The position numbers were made by a program, and so were the translations under genes. The notes beneath the pieces are model-generated. The model was not told where the DNA came from, did not search any database, and saw nothing but the letters and a program-made list of their open reading frames with translations. Positions 38,128-46,580 of a stretch of DNA of 64,000 nt are shown in pieces (the first letter of the stretch is position 1; the number at the start of each line of letters is the position of its first letter). Source of the DNA: Eubacteriales bacterium (lineage in GTDB: Bacteria; Bacillota; Clostridia; Oscillospirales; UBA644); NCBI GenBank assembly GCA_045603745.1, contig JAZUMQ010000049.1:518-64517 (forward strand), in the 5' to 3' direction.

Positions 38128-38865
38128 TTATAGAGGTTTCGATTGAATTTTTGCGTAACGGCGGGGATACTGTTCAGGGGTGGAAGAAGTTTTTTCAAAC
38201 AAGATCAAAACTCGTTTCAATGCATCTTCCGGAATCGAACCAAAAGGATCGGTTAAAGAAAACTCCCGAACTTCCCGAACCGTTGCACCCAAAACTTCCG
38301 CTGCCTGCTTGGCTTGTTCCAGTTCTTCCTTACCTCCGGCGGCTTTCAGAGCACAAAAGAAGCCCTTTACTTTCACAAGCGGCAAACACAATTCGCAAAG
38401 GATATTCAAGGGAGCGACAGCTCTGGCGGTAACAAAATCAAAGGTTTCCCGGTATTTCCCGGTATTTCCCACTTCTTCCGCTCGGGCAGTCAATGTAGAA
38501 ACGCCCTTTAATCCAAGCATTGCGGCAGTTTGGGAAACGTAACGCATACGCTTATCAGTAGAATCCACGGCGGTAATTTGTAAATCAGGACGCAAAATTG
38601 CCAAAGGTAAGGTGGGAAATCCGGCACCGGCACCAACGTCACAGAGGGTTGCACCCTGAGGCGGCAAATCGGCGATAGTGGCGCAATCCACATAATGCTT
38701 GACGGCAATCTCTTCCAGGTCTGTAACGGCGGTCAAATTCATGTGCTGATTGACCTGTAGCATTTCGTCGGTCAGACGGGTAAAGAGTCTTCCCTGTTCC
38801 GCTGACAGACTCCGTCCGTTTTCAGTGAAGACGTCGGCAAGTATTTTTTCAAAATTCTGTTCCAT
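38128..38865 (-). CDS. rsmG: 16S rRNA (guanine527-N7)-methyltransferase
   Basis: 245 aa. NLTAV....HY.D and the SAM motif DVGAGAGFP, followed by the RAVA region typical of GidB/RsmG. Confidence 0.88.
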   Translation of the reverse strand: MEQNFEKILADVFTENGRSLSAEQGRLFTRLTDEMLQVNQHMNLTAVTDLEEIAVKHYVDCATIADLPPQGATLCDVGAGAGFPTLPLAILRPDLQITAVDSTDKRMRYVSQTAAMLGLKGVSTLTARAEEVGNTGKYRETFDFVTARAVAPLNILCELCLPLVKVKGFFCALKAAGGKEELEQAKQAAEVLGATVREVREFSLTDPFGSIPEDALKRVLILFEKTSSTPEQYPRRYAKIQSKPL

Positions 38866-38964
38866 AATTCCCCTCCGATATGGATTTCAGTATAACACAA
38901 TCAAAGGTCTTTGTCAAGAAATACAAGAAAATTTGCAACTTTTTTTGAAAGTCGACAAAAAGGA

Positions 38965-38993
38965 TTGACTTTCGACAACGCGGGTGATATAAT
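38965..38993 (+). promoter_or_regulatory. sigma-A promoter of the deacetylase gene
   Basis: TTGACT (38965-38970), 17-nt spacer, TGaTATAAT (38985-38993). Confidence 0.65.
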
Positions 38994-39024
38994 AAGGTAT
39001 ATATTTGTTTGGAGATGTTGAAAT

Positions 39025-40014
39025 ATGGAACGTTATTTTCCTTGGAGAGGACTGTTTACGGTATTTATCCTGCTCTTTTTGGCGGCAGGGTCCATTGCTG
39101 TTGCATGGTTTTCAAAAGACGAGCCCTCAACTCCGGGCGATTCATATCAAAACAATATCACGGCCACGGGAACGGAAAACACGATAAATACGGACACGAA
39201 CTTGACAGAAAGCTCCCTTTCCACTGCGGTCACAGACCCGGAATACACCGACGTGACCGGTAGCGGAACTTCCAGCGAAACGGGAACCGATACGGAAATT
39301 GACGTGACGGATACGAAAACGACCGAAACGGACACCGACGAAAAGGAGCAGACAAGCACTTCCACCATTCCACTATCGGAAATTCTTGGGCATATTACCC
39401 CTCCCCCGGACGGCAGCCCCAAGAAGATTGCCTTTACCTTTGACGACGGTCCCTACACCCCGGTCACCCGTGGATTGGTAGACGAATTTGCAAAATACGG
39501 TGGGCACTGTACCTTTTTCGTGGTAGGAAACCGAATCCACGGAACACAAAAAGAAGCGATGAAATACGCCTTTGACCAGGGAAACGAAATCGCAATTCAC
39601 GCCTACACCCACACGGCATATTATAACAGTTGCAGCGATAGTGTCTATCAGTTTGAATTGGGAAAAACCGCAGAAGAAATCATCAATACCATCGGAAAAG
39701 CTCCGACGTTGATGCGTCCGGTCGGAGGCTCCATCTCCGATCGAAGAGTGTTAGAGTGCCCTTACTCGGTCATTCTTTGGAACGTAGATACCAAAGACTG
39801 GAAATACCGAAACGCAGATACCGTCGCACGAACCATTTTGAACTCGGTCACCGCAGGAGACATTATTCTTCTTCACGATATTTATCCGAGCTCTTTGGAA
39901 GCGATTAAAATCGTTCTTCCCCTGCTAAAAGAACACGGGTATGAATTTGTCACCGTCTCGGAATTGCTGGGAGAAGAAATGCAAGCCGGAAAGAAATATT
40001 CCAATGCATATTAA
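39025..40014 (+). CDS. membrane-anchored polysaccharide deacetylase (NodB homology domain)
   Basis: 329 aa. A TM segment and a Thr/Glu/Asp-rich linker are followed by NodB motifs (FTFDDGP, HAYTH, RPVGG, ILLHD). Confidence 0.85.
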   Translation: MERYFPWRGLFTVFILLFLAAGSIAVAWFSKDEPSTPGDSYQNNITATGTENTINTDTNLTESSLSTAVTDPEYTDVTGSGTSSETGTDTEIDVTDTKTTETDTDEKEQTSTSTIPLSEILGHITPPPDGSPKKIAFTFDDGPYTPVTRGLVDEFAKYGGHCTFFVVGNRIHGTQKEAMKYAFDQGNEIAIHAYTHTAYYNSCSDSVYQFELGKTAEEIINTIGKAPTLMRPVGGSISDRRVLECPYSVILWNVDTKDWKYRNADTVARTILNSVTAGDIILLHDIYPSSLEAIKIVLPLLKEHGYEFVTVSELLGEEMQAGKKYSNAY

Positions 40015-40059
40015 CAAAAAGCACTTATGAATTTTCTCATAAGTGCTTTTCTTTTATTT
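40013..40059. terminator. bidirectional terminator
   Basis: AAAGCACTTATGA (40018-40030) / TCATAAGTGCTTT (40037-40049), with T-runs on both strands. Confidence 0.75.
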
Positions 40060-40887
40060 CAGATCCTTGCGGCGGAATTTCAGGATTCCGTGACAAAGCA
40101 GTGCCGCAGCCCCAACAAGAGGGGGCAACACGTAAGACAATACATCGGATGTTGCATAAGAAGTTCCCAGTCCGATGTTTGCAGAGAACATAAACACGTT
40201 GATCCGTTGAAGGAACTCCAAGAAATCGACCAACCATTTCATCCCTGCGTCAACTTCGGTCAGAACCATTGTCACGACCTGCAAAATACTGCCGATCATC
40301 GTCGCACCGAACACCACAGCAATATACGTCACGATAACCAGCCTCATGTTTTTCATCACAACACAAAGCCAACTGATGAAAGCGGCGACAAAGACATAGA
40401 GCAGCAACTCAAACAACAGCGATTCAAAGAAATACCACAAATCCGCCGTTACAAAGGGGGTCGGTTGGTAATCGAAAAACGGAAGACTGATGCCCAAAGT
40501 CAACAGTGCGTGTGCCAGAACGATTCCGAACAGCGTGGTAAAACATACCGTAAACAGGGAAAGAAAGATCGAAGTACGGGAATGTCCGCTGATAATCTTA
40601 TTCCGCACCGTTCCGGAACTGAAGTCTTTACAAAGAATAATTCCGATCAAAAGCGGGGCGATCAAACCCAAATTATTGCCAAAGGAAAAGGAACTGAAAA
40701 ACTGTCCTTTCGCCGAAACCAGACCGGAGAGCATCTCCTCCGTCATGGGGTCTTCCCCGACAAATGCAAACAAAACGATGTACAACAACGGTGTGATAAC
40801 GGCAAAAATCACGGCTAAAATGCAAACGACAAGAAACAGTTTATCTTGGAAGAATTTTTTGTAATCCGATTTGATCAATCTCGTCAT
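40054..40887 (-). CDS. ABC-2 type transporter permease
   Basis: 277 aa with six predicted TM segments. It is translationally coupled to the upstream ATPase by a 4-nt overlap. Confidence 0.75.
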   Translation of the reverse strand: MTRLIKSDYKKFFQDKLFLVVCILAVIFAVITPLLYIVLFAFVGEDPMTEEMLSGLVSAKGQFFSSFSFGNNLGLIAPLLIGIILCKDFSSGTVRNKIISGHSRTSIFLSLFTVCFTTLFGIVLAHALLTLGISLPFFDYQPTPFVTADLWYFFESLLFELLLYVFVAAFISWLCVVMKNMRLVIVTYIAVVFGATMIGSILQVVTMVLTEVDAGMKWLVDFLEFLQRINVFMFSANIGLGTSYATSDVLSYVLPPLVGAAALLCHGILKFRRKDLK

Positions 40888-41804
40888 ACCCGTTTTCCTC
40901 CTATGGTTTTCAGATAGTAATCTTCGAAGGTAGATTCGTGACAGTTGATACTGACAATCCGGATCCCGTTTTCCAAAACCGCGGATAAGATCGGATTCAA
41001 ATCAAACTCACCCACAAAACGGACACCTCCGGGAATCGAAGAAAGGGAGTTCTCAGGCAACAATCCGGAAAGAATCTGCAACAGATCCTCCGGGAGATCG
41101 GTCTTAATTTCCGTGGTGGGAGCCATTTCCTTTTGCAATTGATCGGCGGAAATTTCCTTGATAATATGCCCTTTGGAAATAATTCCGTATTTGGTTGCCA
41201 CCAGAGACAACTCGCTGAGAATGTGCGAAGAAATCAAAAAGGTGATGTTTTTCTCCCGGTTCAATCGTAAAATCAATTCACGAATCTCCACAATACCGGC
41301 AGGATCCAAACCGTTCAAAGGTTCATCCAAAATCAAAAATTCGGGATCTCCCAACAGGCACATTGCAATTCCAAGACGCTGACGCATCCCCAACGAGAAA
41401 TTGCCGGCGTGCTTCTTTTCCTTGACCATTTCCCCCAATCCAACCTCTTGCAAGGTTTCGGCGATTTTTTCATCGGCGGGAATCCCCAAAATCATGCATT
41501 GCATTTTAAGGTTATCATAAGCCGACATATTGGGATAAATGGACGGACTTTCCACAATAGCACCGATCTTGCGACGGGCGGTTTTGATTTCATTGGAATC
41601 ATGCGCAACGCCGAACAATTCAAATCGTCCGCCTTGAGGAAAAATCAAGCCTGTAATCAGCCGGATCACCGTAGTTTTCCCAGAGCCGTTCTCCCCTACA
41701 AATCCGTAAATATCGCCACGGCAAATGGTCATATCGGTGTCTTTTACGGCAAAATGCCGTTTGTACTTTTTGGATAAACCAAAGGTACGCAGAACGTAAT
41801 CCAT
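40884..41804 (-). CDS. ABC transporter ATP-binding protein (BcrA / lantibiotic-immunity-like)
   Basis: 306 aa. Walker A GENGSGKTT, signature SLGMRQRLGIA and Walker B LILDEP. Confidence 0.88.
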   Translation of the reverse strand: MDYVLRTFGLSKKYKRHFAVKDTDMTICRGDIYGFVGENGSGKTTVIRLITGLIFPQGGRFELFGVAHDSNEIKTARRKIGAIVESPSIYPNMSAYDNLKMQCMILGIPADEKIAETLQEVGLGEMVKEKKHAGNFSLGMRQRLGIAMCLLGDPEFLILDEPLNGLDPAGIVEIRELILRLNREKNITFLISSHILSELSLVATKYGIISKGHIIKEISADQLQKEMAPTTEIKTDLPEDLLQILSGLLPENSLSSIPGGVRFVGEFDLNPILSAVLENGIRIVSINCHESTFEDYYLKTIGGKRV

Positions 41805-41854
41805 AAAACCGATCCTTTCATCAAGTTCGTAATCATACGAAGTTTTACAATATG

Positions 41855-41883
41855 ATTATATCATATTTTCAGAAGGAAATCAA
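41855..41883 (-). promoter_or_regulatory. sigma-A promoter of the 40054-41804 ABC operon, -10 embedded in an 8-3-8 palindrome
   Basis: Minus strand: TTGATT (41883-41878), 17-nt spacer, TATAAT (41860-41855). The inverted repeat AATATGAT-n3-ATCATATT spans 41849-41867. Confidence 0.55.
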
Positions 41884-41921
41884 TACACAAAAAAGATTTT
41901 TTATCTTGAATTGACTTATAT

Positions 41922-41950
41922 AAAAAAATAGGATGAGCGATGCTCATCCT
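41922..41950 (-). terminator. rho-independent terminator after tRNA-Leu
   Basis: AGGATGAGC-atc-GCTCATCCT followed by ATTTTTTT on the minus strand. Confidence 0.8.
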
Positions 41951-41957
41951 GTTTTAT

Positions 41958-42042
41958 TGGTGCGGTCGGGGGGACTTGAACCCCCACGAGTCTCCTCACT
42001 ACCACCTCAAAGTAGCGTGTCTGCCGATTCCACCACGACCGC
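41958..42042 (-). tRNA. tRNA-Leu (anticodon GAG), long variable arm, CCA encoded
   Basis: 85 nt folded by hand. Acceptor GCGGTCG/CGACCGC, anticodon arm CTACT-TTGAGGT-GGTAG, 13-nt variable arm, T-arm GGGGG-TTCAAGT-CCCCC. Confidence 0.9.
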
Positions 42043-42195
42043 GAATATGAAATTTTCATGCCTATATATTATAGCAACTTTAAAAGCGTTTGTCAAGAGG
42101 TAAATTTGAAAAAAAACGGAAATTATAAAAAATTTCCTGCGAAATTCTCTCCTTTTTGGAAACACTATTACCAAATAAGGAAAAGGAGAAAAAAT

Positions 42196-42384
42196 ATGCT
42201 GATGTTAAATCGAAAAAATCATTGCAACAAGACATCGTTGTCAACGGCGATCGTCGTGATTGCCGCCGCACATATTGCTGCGGGAGTCATTCTTTGCAAA
42301 GGTATGTGCCATCATTCTACGCTGGAGCAAATGGCAAAGAAAGCAAAAAGAACCGTCGTTGGTCTGGTTCGGGAAATCATTTAA
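42196..42384 (+). CDS. small single-TM protein (62 aa)
   Basis: ATG 42196 follows AAAGGAGA. It has a hydrophobic core TAIVVIAAAHIAAGVILC and a basic C-terminus, with its own terminator downstream. The track start at 42058 was trimmed. Confidence 0.5.
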   Translation: MLMLNRKNHCNKTSLSTAIVVIAAAHIAAGVILCKGMCHHSTLEQMAKKAKRTVVGLVREII

Positions 42385-42420
42385 AAGTTTTTTACAAGGT
42401 TTACTGCATATATTTTTTAA

Positions 42421-42456
42421 CAAGACGGACAGGCTCGGCTGTCCGTCTTGTCTTTT
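42421..42456 (+). terminator. rho-independent terminator
   Basis: CAAGACGGACAG-gctcgg-CTGTCCGTCTTG followed by TCTTTT. Confidence 0.8.
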
Positions 42457-42545
42457 GGCTTTTTCTTGACATCGCCTATTATTTATGATATAATGAAAAA
42501 ATCAAAAATAGCCAAAAGAGAGAAAGAAAAAGTCGGAGGTATCAC

Positions 42546-43253
42546 GTGAACGGAAAGATGAAATTCAAAAAGATCATGACACGAACCAACCGTGGAATCG
42601 TTTTGGGAATCGTATTGTTAATCCTGTTGGTTTCTTTCGTGGTAGTTGATGCGGCAATTTTCCGTATTAATACAAAGAAAATCCGGGCGAATCTGATTGA
42701 CTGCATTACCAAAACGGCGGAACTGAATTCTCTGTTGGATCCCGAACGGGTGGGAGAACGGATCGGGGACGAGGATCAAGCTGAAATGATTGCCGGCTTG
42801 AAAACAATTTTTGAGACTTATTACGCAGATCCTTCCCTGACGGAGCGGATCACGGTTTACGACGGATACGATTCGATCGAGACGATGGAAACTCTTGCCG
42901 ATTGGTTTGGCCGCACCGCAAGCTTTGAGGTAACGGAAATTCAGATTCTCGACACGAGAGATGAATTTAAAATTGCCTTTGAACGTCAAGGCTTACGTTT
43001 TGCACTGGTGCAAATCAACGATCTGCCCATTGAAATGGATATTCGGACGGCCGTCCGCAGTTGCGAACCCTTTATGGGAGGAGGACCTTCCTATTTAATC
43101 GACAACATTGAACCCGACGGATCTATGGTTTTCGGAAAGAATCAAACGCTGAAGTTTTTCCTTTCCGGGAGTGTTTATCTGACCTTCACAGAGGGTGAGT
43201 GGAAAATCCTTATGTCGGATTTCTACACGAAAACGATAACGGAGGTGGAATGA
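42546..43253 (+). CDS. hypothetical membrane-anchored protein, first gene of an ABC operon
   Basis: 235 aa. GTG start 6 nt after GGAGG. One N-terminal TM segment (IVLGIVLLILLVSFVVV) and no recognisable domain. Confidence 0.6.
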   Translation: MNGKMKFKKIMTRTNRGIVLGIVLLILLVSFVVVDAAIFRINTKKIRANLIDCITKTAELNSLLDPERVGERIGDEDQAEMIAGLKTIFETYYADPSLTERITVYDGYDSIETMETLADWFGRTASFEVTEIQILDTRDEFKIAFERQGLRFALVQINDLPIEMDIRTAVRSCEPFMGGGPSYLIDNIEPDGSMVFGKNQTLKFFLSGSVYLTFTEGEWKILMSDFYTKTITEVE

Positions 43254-44233
43254 TGGAAGGAACGTTACATACCAATCCGGACGCGGAAGTAGTTCTCAAT
43301 ATTGAGCATTTATCCAAATGCTTTGGCAAAAAGCAAGTTCTTCACGATATTTCCTTTCAGACCTACGCCGGAGAAGTTTTCGGATTTCTAGGTCCCAACG
43401 GTGCAGGGAAAACCACGCTGATCAAAACTGCGGTTGGGCATTTGATGATTGACGAAGGTTCCGTTTCCATTTGCGGGAAAACTCTGAAAAAGGATTTTGA
43501 AGGGGCGATGGCACAGGTTGGCGGTATCATTGAAAATCCGGAATTTTACAAATACATGAGCGGATATGACAACCTGTTACAGTATGCCCGAATCCGGGGA
43601 GTCGACGATCTTCAACGGGTTCGCGAGGTGATTCACCTTGTGGGTTTGGATCATCGAATCCACGACAAAGTGGGGCGTTATTCCTTAGGTATGCGTCAAC
43701 GTCTCGGAGTGGCACAGGCGATTTTGCACCGTCCGAAATTATTGGTTTTGGACGAACCGACCAACGGACTGGATCCCGCGGGAATTAAGGATCTTCGGGA
43801 TATTCTCAAAGGGATCGCCCACGAAGAAGGAACGTCGGTGTTGGTTTCCAGCCACCTGATGAGCGAAATGGAATTGATGTGCGATCGGGTAGGAGTTATC
43901 GTTGAAGGAAAACTGATCGACGTAAAATCCGTAGAAGAATTGGTTTCCGCTACTGCCCTCGACAAATCGGACTTCATTTTTGAAACGGGAGACGGAGCCT
44001 CCGTAATGAAATTGTTGGATTTCATTCCCGAAGAAGAAAAGACCTTGTTGGAAAACGGAGATCTGGAACTTGTCATTCCGAAGCGGGAAGAAAAACAAAT
44101 TCTTTCCCGCATCAATCGTACCATAGTAGAGGCGGAGATCGACCTTTACTGCGTATCACGAAAAGAAAACAAGCGCCTGGAAGACGTATTTATCGAATTG
44201 ACCGGCGGGGAAGGAGACGTTCAGATTGGATAA
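43250..44233 (+). CDS. ABC transporter ATP-binding protein
   Basis: 327 aa from ATG 43250 (ATGA overlap with the upstream stop, SD GGAGG). Walker A GPNGAGKTT, signature SLGMRQRLGVA and Walker B LVLDEP. Confidence 0.88.
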   Translation: MMEGTLHTNPDAEVVLNIEHLSKCFGKKQVLHDISFQTYAGEVFGFLGPNGAGKTTLIKTAVGHLMIDEGSVSICGKTLKKDFEGAMAQVGGIIENPEFYKYMSGYDNLLQYARIRGVDDLQRVREVIHLVGLDHRIHDKVGRYSLGMRQRLGVAQAILHRPKLLVLDEPTNGLDPAGIKDLRDILKGIAHEEGTSVLVSSHLMSEMELMCDRVGVIVEGKLIDVKSVEELVSATALDKSDFIFETGDGASVMKLLDFIPEEEKTLLENGDLELVIPKREEKQILSRINRTIVEAEIDLYCVSRKENKRLEDVFIELTGGEGDVQIG

Positions 44234-45764
44234 GATGTTCAAGCTCGTCCAAAACGAGATCATTAAACTTGTGAAGCGTAAATCCCTTCTTGTCATGATT
44301 CTTCTCATTGCCGTCATCGCCGTGGGTGCGGCGTTACTTTTCAACTTCACCCGGGACATGGAAGACCTTTCTTCCGCGGAATACCTGGTCGAGCAGTGGA
44401 AGAAAGAAATTAAAGATCTGGAACGATTCTTTGCCCCCGACCATTATCTGGACAACGCCTATGCCGACAATACCGCTCGGGCAAAAAAATATCGCAACCG
44501 CTCTGAAATGTTGCAGTATTTGGTAGAAAATAATTACTCCCCCTACGACTGGCGTTATATGTCCGGGCTGATTGAAACCATCTTTGAACATAAACTTCAG
44601 ATGGACACGAATTATAATTATGAGTATCATAAAGGAGAATACGACCGTCTGAAAGCCTTGGCAGATACGGACGATTGGAAAACCTATTACAAAGAATTGG
44701 CAGAAGAACAGGAGGCGCTCTATCTTCGCCTACACCCTGAGGCAATCGCCGAGGTAAAAGAAGCGGTTTGGTATGAATACGAATACCGTACGCAAAATGA
44801 TTTTCGTCCCGGCGTTGAACCTTGGCGAGATCATTTGATCTCTGCCGTAGTTTCCGCGAAATTTTCCCTTGCCTATTTTGTGCAAGAAGAATACGAGCGA
44901 AACTGCGAAGAAAATGACATAGATTATACTCCCCCATCTACCGGAGATCCCGCGTTGGACAAACCGAATCTCACCTTAGAACAAGTGCGGGAAAACCGCA
45001 AAGAGGTGTTAGACAAACTTGCCGTTGCAACCTACCGGCTGGAACACAACGTAAAAACCGACGTGGGTGTGGTATTCGGAGAAGTCTCGGTCATTTCGGG
45101 AGGGGAAATCTCCCCCTTCTGGGAATGTTTTGCTTCCTCTTCCGGGTATATCCTTGCCATCGGTGTTCTGATCATTATTATTGCGGGACAGATCGTGGCA
45201 TCGGAATTTTCTGCCGGAACGATCAAATTCCTCTTGGTCAGCCCTGTGAAGCGGTGGAAGATCGTCATGGCCAAATATATCACCGTACTTCTTCTTTCCG
45301 TGGTCTTTACGATCCTTCTGTACGTGGCTTCCGCTTTGGCTTCTCTCGGAGTCTTCGGGGGGTTCGCTTTCGGAGACGAGATCGTTCGGGTGGAAAACGG
45401 AATTGCGTGGGGTGTTTCTCCTTTCCTTTCGGTGTTGAAAAACTACGGTTGGGCATTCGTAGAAGTTTGGGTCGTTGCCACCATGGCATTTGCCATCTCT
45501 TCTCTGCTTCGCAGTACCGCAGTTTCCATCGGGGTGGGGCTGTTTGCCTATCTTTCGGGAACTGCCATTGTAGAAATATTCTCAAAGTTTGGCTTTGATT
45601 TCGGACGATATATTTTGTTTGCAAATCTGGACCTGCCGGCAATCATGAAAAACGTTTCCGTTTTCCCGAATCAGACCTTACCGGAAGCGATTATCATCAT
45701 CGTCGGTCACATGGCGGTATTCCTGCTCACCGCGTGGGACGGATTCGTCCGTCGGGAAATTTAA
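44226..45764 (+). CDS. ABC-2-like permease with ~270-aa insertion between TM1 and TM2
   Basis: 512 aa. TM1 sits at the N-terminus, followed by a long Tyr/Glu-rich soluble region and about five C-terminal TM segments. It overlaps the ATPase stop. Confidence 0.7.
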   Translation: MDKMFKLVQNEIIKLVKRKSLLVMILLIAVIAVGAALLFNFTRDMEDLSSAEYLVEQWKKEIKDLERFFAPDHYLDNAYADNTARAKKYRNRSEMLQYLVENNYSPYDWRYMSGLIETIFEHKLQMDTNYNYEYHKGEYDRLKALADTDDWKTYYKELAEEQEALYLRLHPEAIAEVKEAVWYEYEYRTQNDFRPGVEPWRDHLISAVVSAKFSLAYFVQEEYERNCEENDIDYTPPSTGDPALDKPNLTLEQVRENRKEVLDKLAVATYRLEHNVKTDVGVVFGEVSVISGGEISPFWECFASSSGYILAIGVLIIIIAGQIVASEFSAGTIKFLLVSPVKRWKIVMAKYITVLLLSVVFTILLYVASALASLGVFGGFAFGDEIVRVENGIAWGVSPFLSVLKNYGWAFVEVWVVATMAFAISSLLRSTAVSIGVGLFAYLSGTAIVEIFSKFGFDFGRYILFANLDLPAIMKNVSVFPNQTLPEAIIIIVGHMAVFLLTAWDGFVRREI

Positions 45765-45841
45765 GGCCGGAAACGAAATCATAATATTTTCCCATATTTC
45801 GGGCATACTACCGTCAACATGATAGGAAAGGACGGTCAGAT

Positions 45842-46276
45842 ATGATCGAACAAGACACAATAAAACTATTGCGGGAATGTGATGCAGGGGTCAAGATGGG
45901 AGTATCGTCCATCGATGACGTGCTGGACTCGGTACGCAGTAAAGAATTGAGAGAATATTTGGTTCAATGCAGAAACGAGCACGTCAAATTGAACGATGAA
46001 GTGCAAGGGGCGTTGGAACGGTTTCACGATGACGGCAAAGATCCGAACCCCATCGCAAAGGGAATGTCCTGGATCAAAACAAACGTCAAATTGGCGGCAG
46101 ATACCTCAGACGAGACCGTAGCGGATCTGATGACCGACGGTTGCAATATGGGGGTTAAATCCCTGAACCGCTATCTCAACGAGTACGAAGCCGCAGACGA
46201 AACGGCGAAGGATATTGCAAAACGACTGATCAATCTGGAAGAAAAATTGGCGGTCGATATTCGGAAATATCTCTAA
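45842..46276 (+). CDS. hypothetical all-helical protein (144 aa)
   Basis: Clean ORF with coding-like composition. I do not recognise a domain confidently. Confidence 0.5.
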   Translation: MIEQDTIKLLRECDAGVKMGVSSIDDVLDSVRSKELREYLVQCRNEHVKLNDEVQGALERFHDDGKDPNPIAKGMSWIKTNVKLAADTSDETVADLMTDGCNMGVKSLNRYLNEYEAADETAKDIAKRLINLEEKLAVDIRKYL

Positions 46277-46282
46277 AACCCC

Positions 46283-46311
46283 TTGACAAACCGAAAAAAT
46301 TGTGTTATTAT
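46283..46311 (+). promoter_or_regulatory. sigma-A promoter of the thrS leader
   Basis: TTGACA (46283-46288), 17-nt spacer, TGtTATTAT (46303-46311). Confidence 0.65.
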
Positions 46312-46317
46312 ATATGG

Positions 46318-46552
46318 TAACAAAGGCAATGATGGAGAGAGTAGCCTTACCCGAACATTCAGAGAGAAGAACGTTTGCTGTGAGTTCTTTATGCAAGGGT
46401 CTGTGTGAAGACCACTCCGGAGCCGCAACGCCCAACCGAAAGAAGTAAGTGTTGCCGTACCCCGGCGTCAACGGGTCAATGAGTGAAACGTTAAGGTGGA
46501 ACCGTGCAATTATGCACCCTTAAGGCAGAAATGCTTTAAGGGTGTTTTTATT
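46318..46552 (+). promoter_or_regulatory. T-box riboswitch leader, threonine specifier (ACC)
   Basis: The Stem I region has GAGAGAGTAG. The candidate specifier is ACC at 46411-46413 (GAAGACCACT). The T-box sequence AAGGTGGAACCGTGC lies at about 46492-46506. The terminator CACCCTTAA...TTAAGGGTG + TTTTT spans 46515-46550 and can alternatively pair with the T-box sequence. Confidence 0.85.
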
Positions 46553-46580
46553 TTGTAACATGTCGAAAGGAAGATATATT

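Noticed and set aside
39180-39370. Possible DNA tandem repeat in the Thr/Glu/Asp-rich region.
   Set aside because: It is a compositionally biased linker inside the deacetylase CDS (TGTENTINTDTN...TETDTDEKE). There is no exact nucleotide periodicity.
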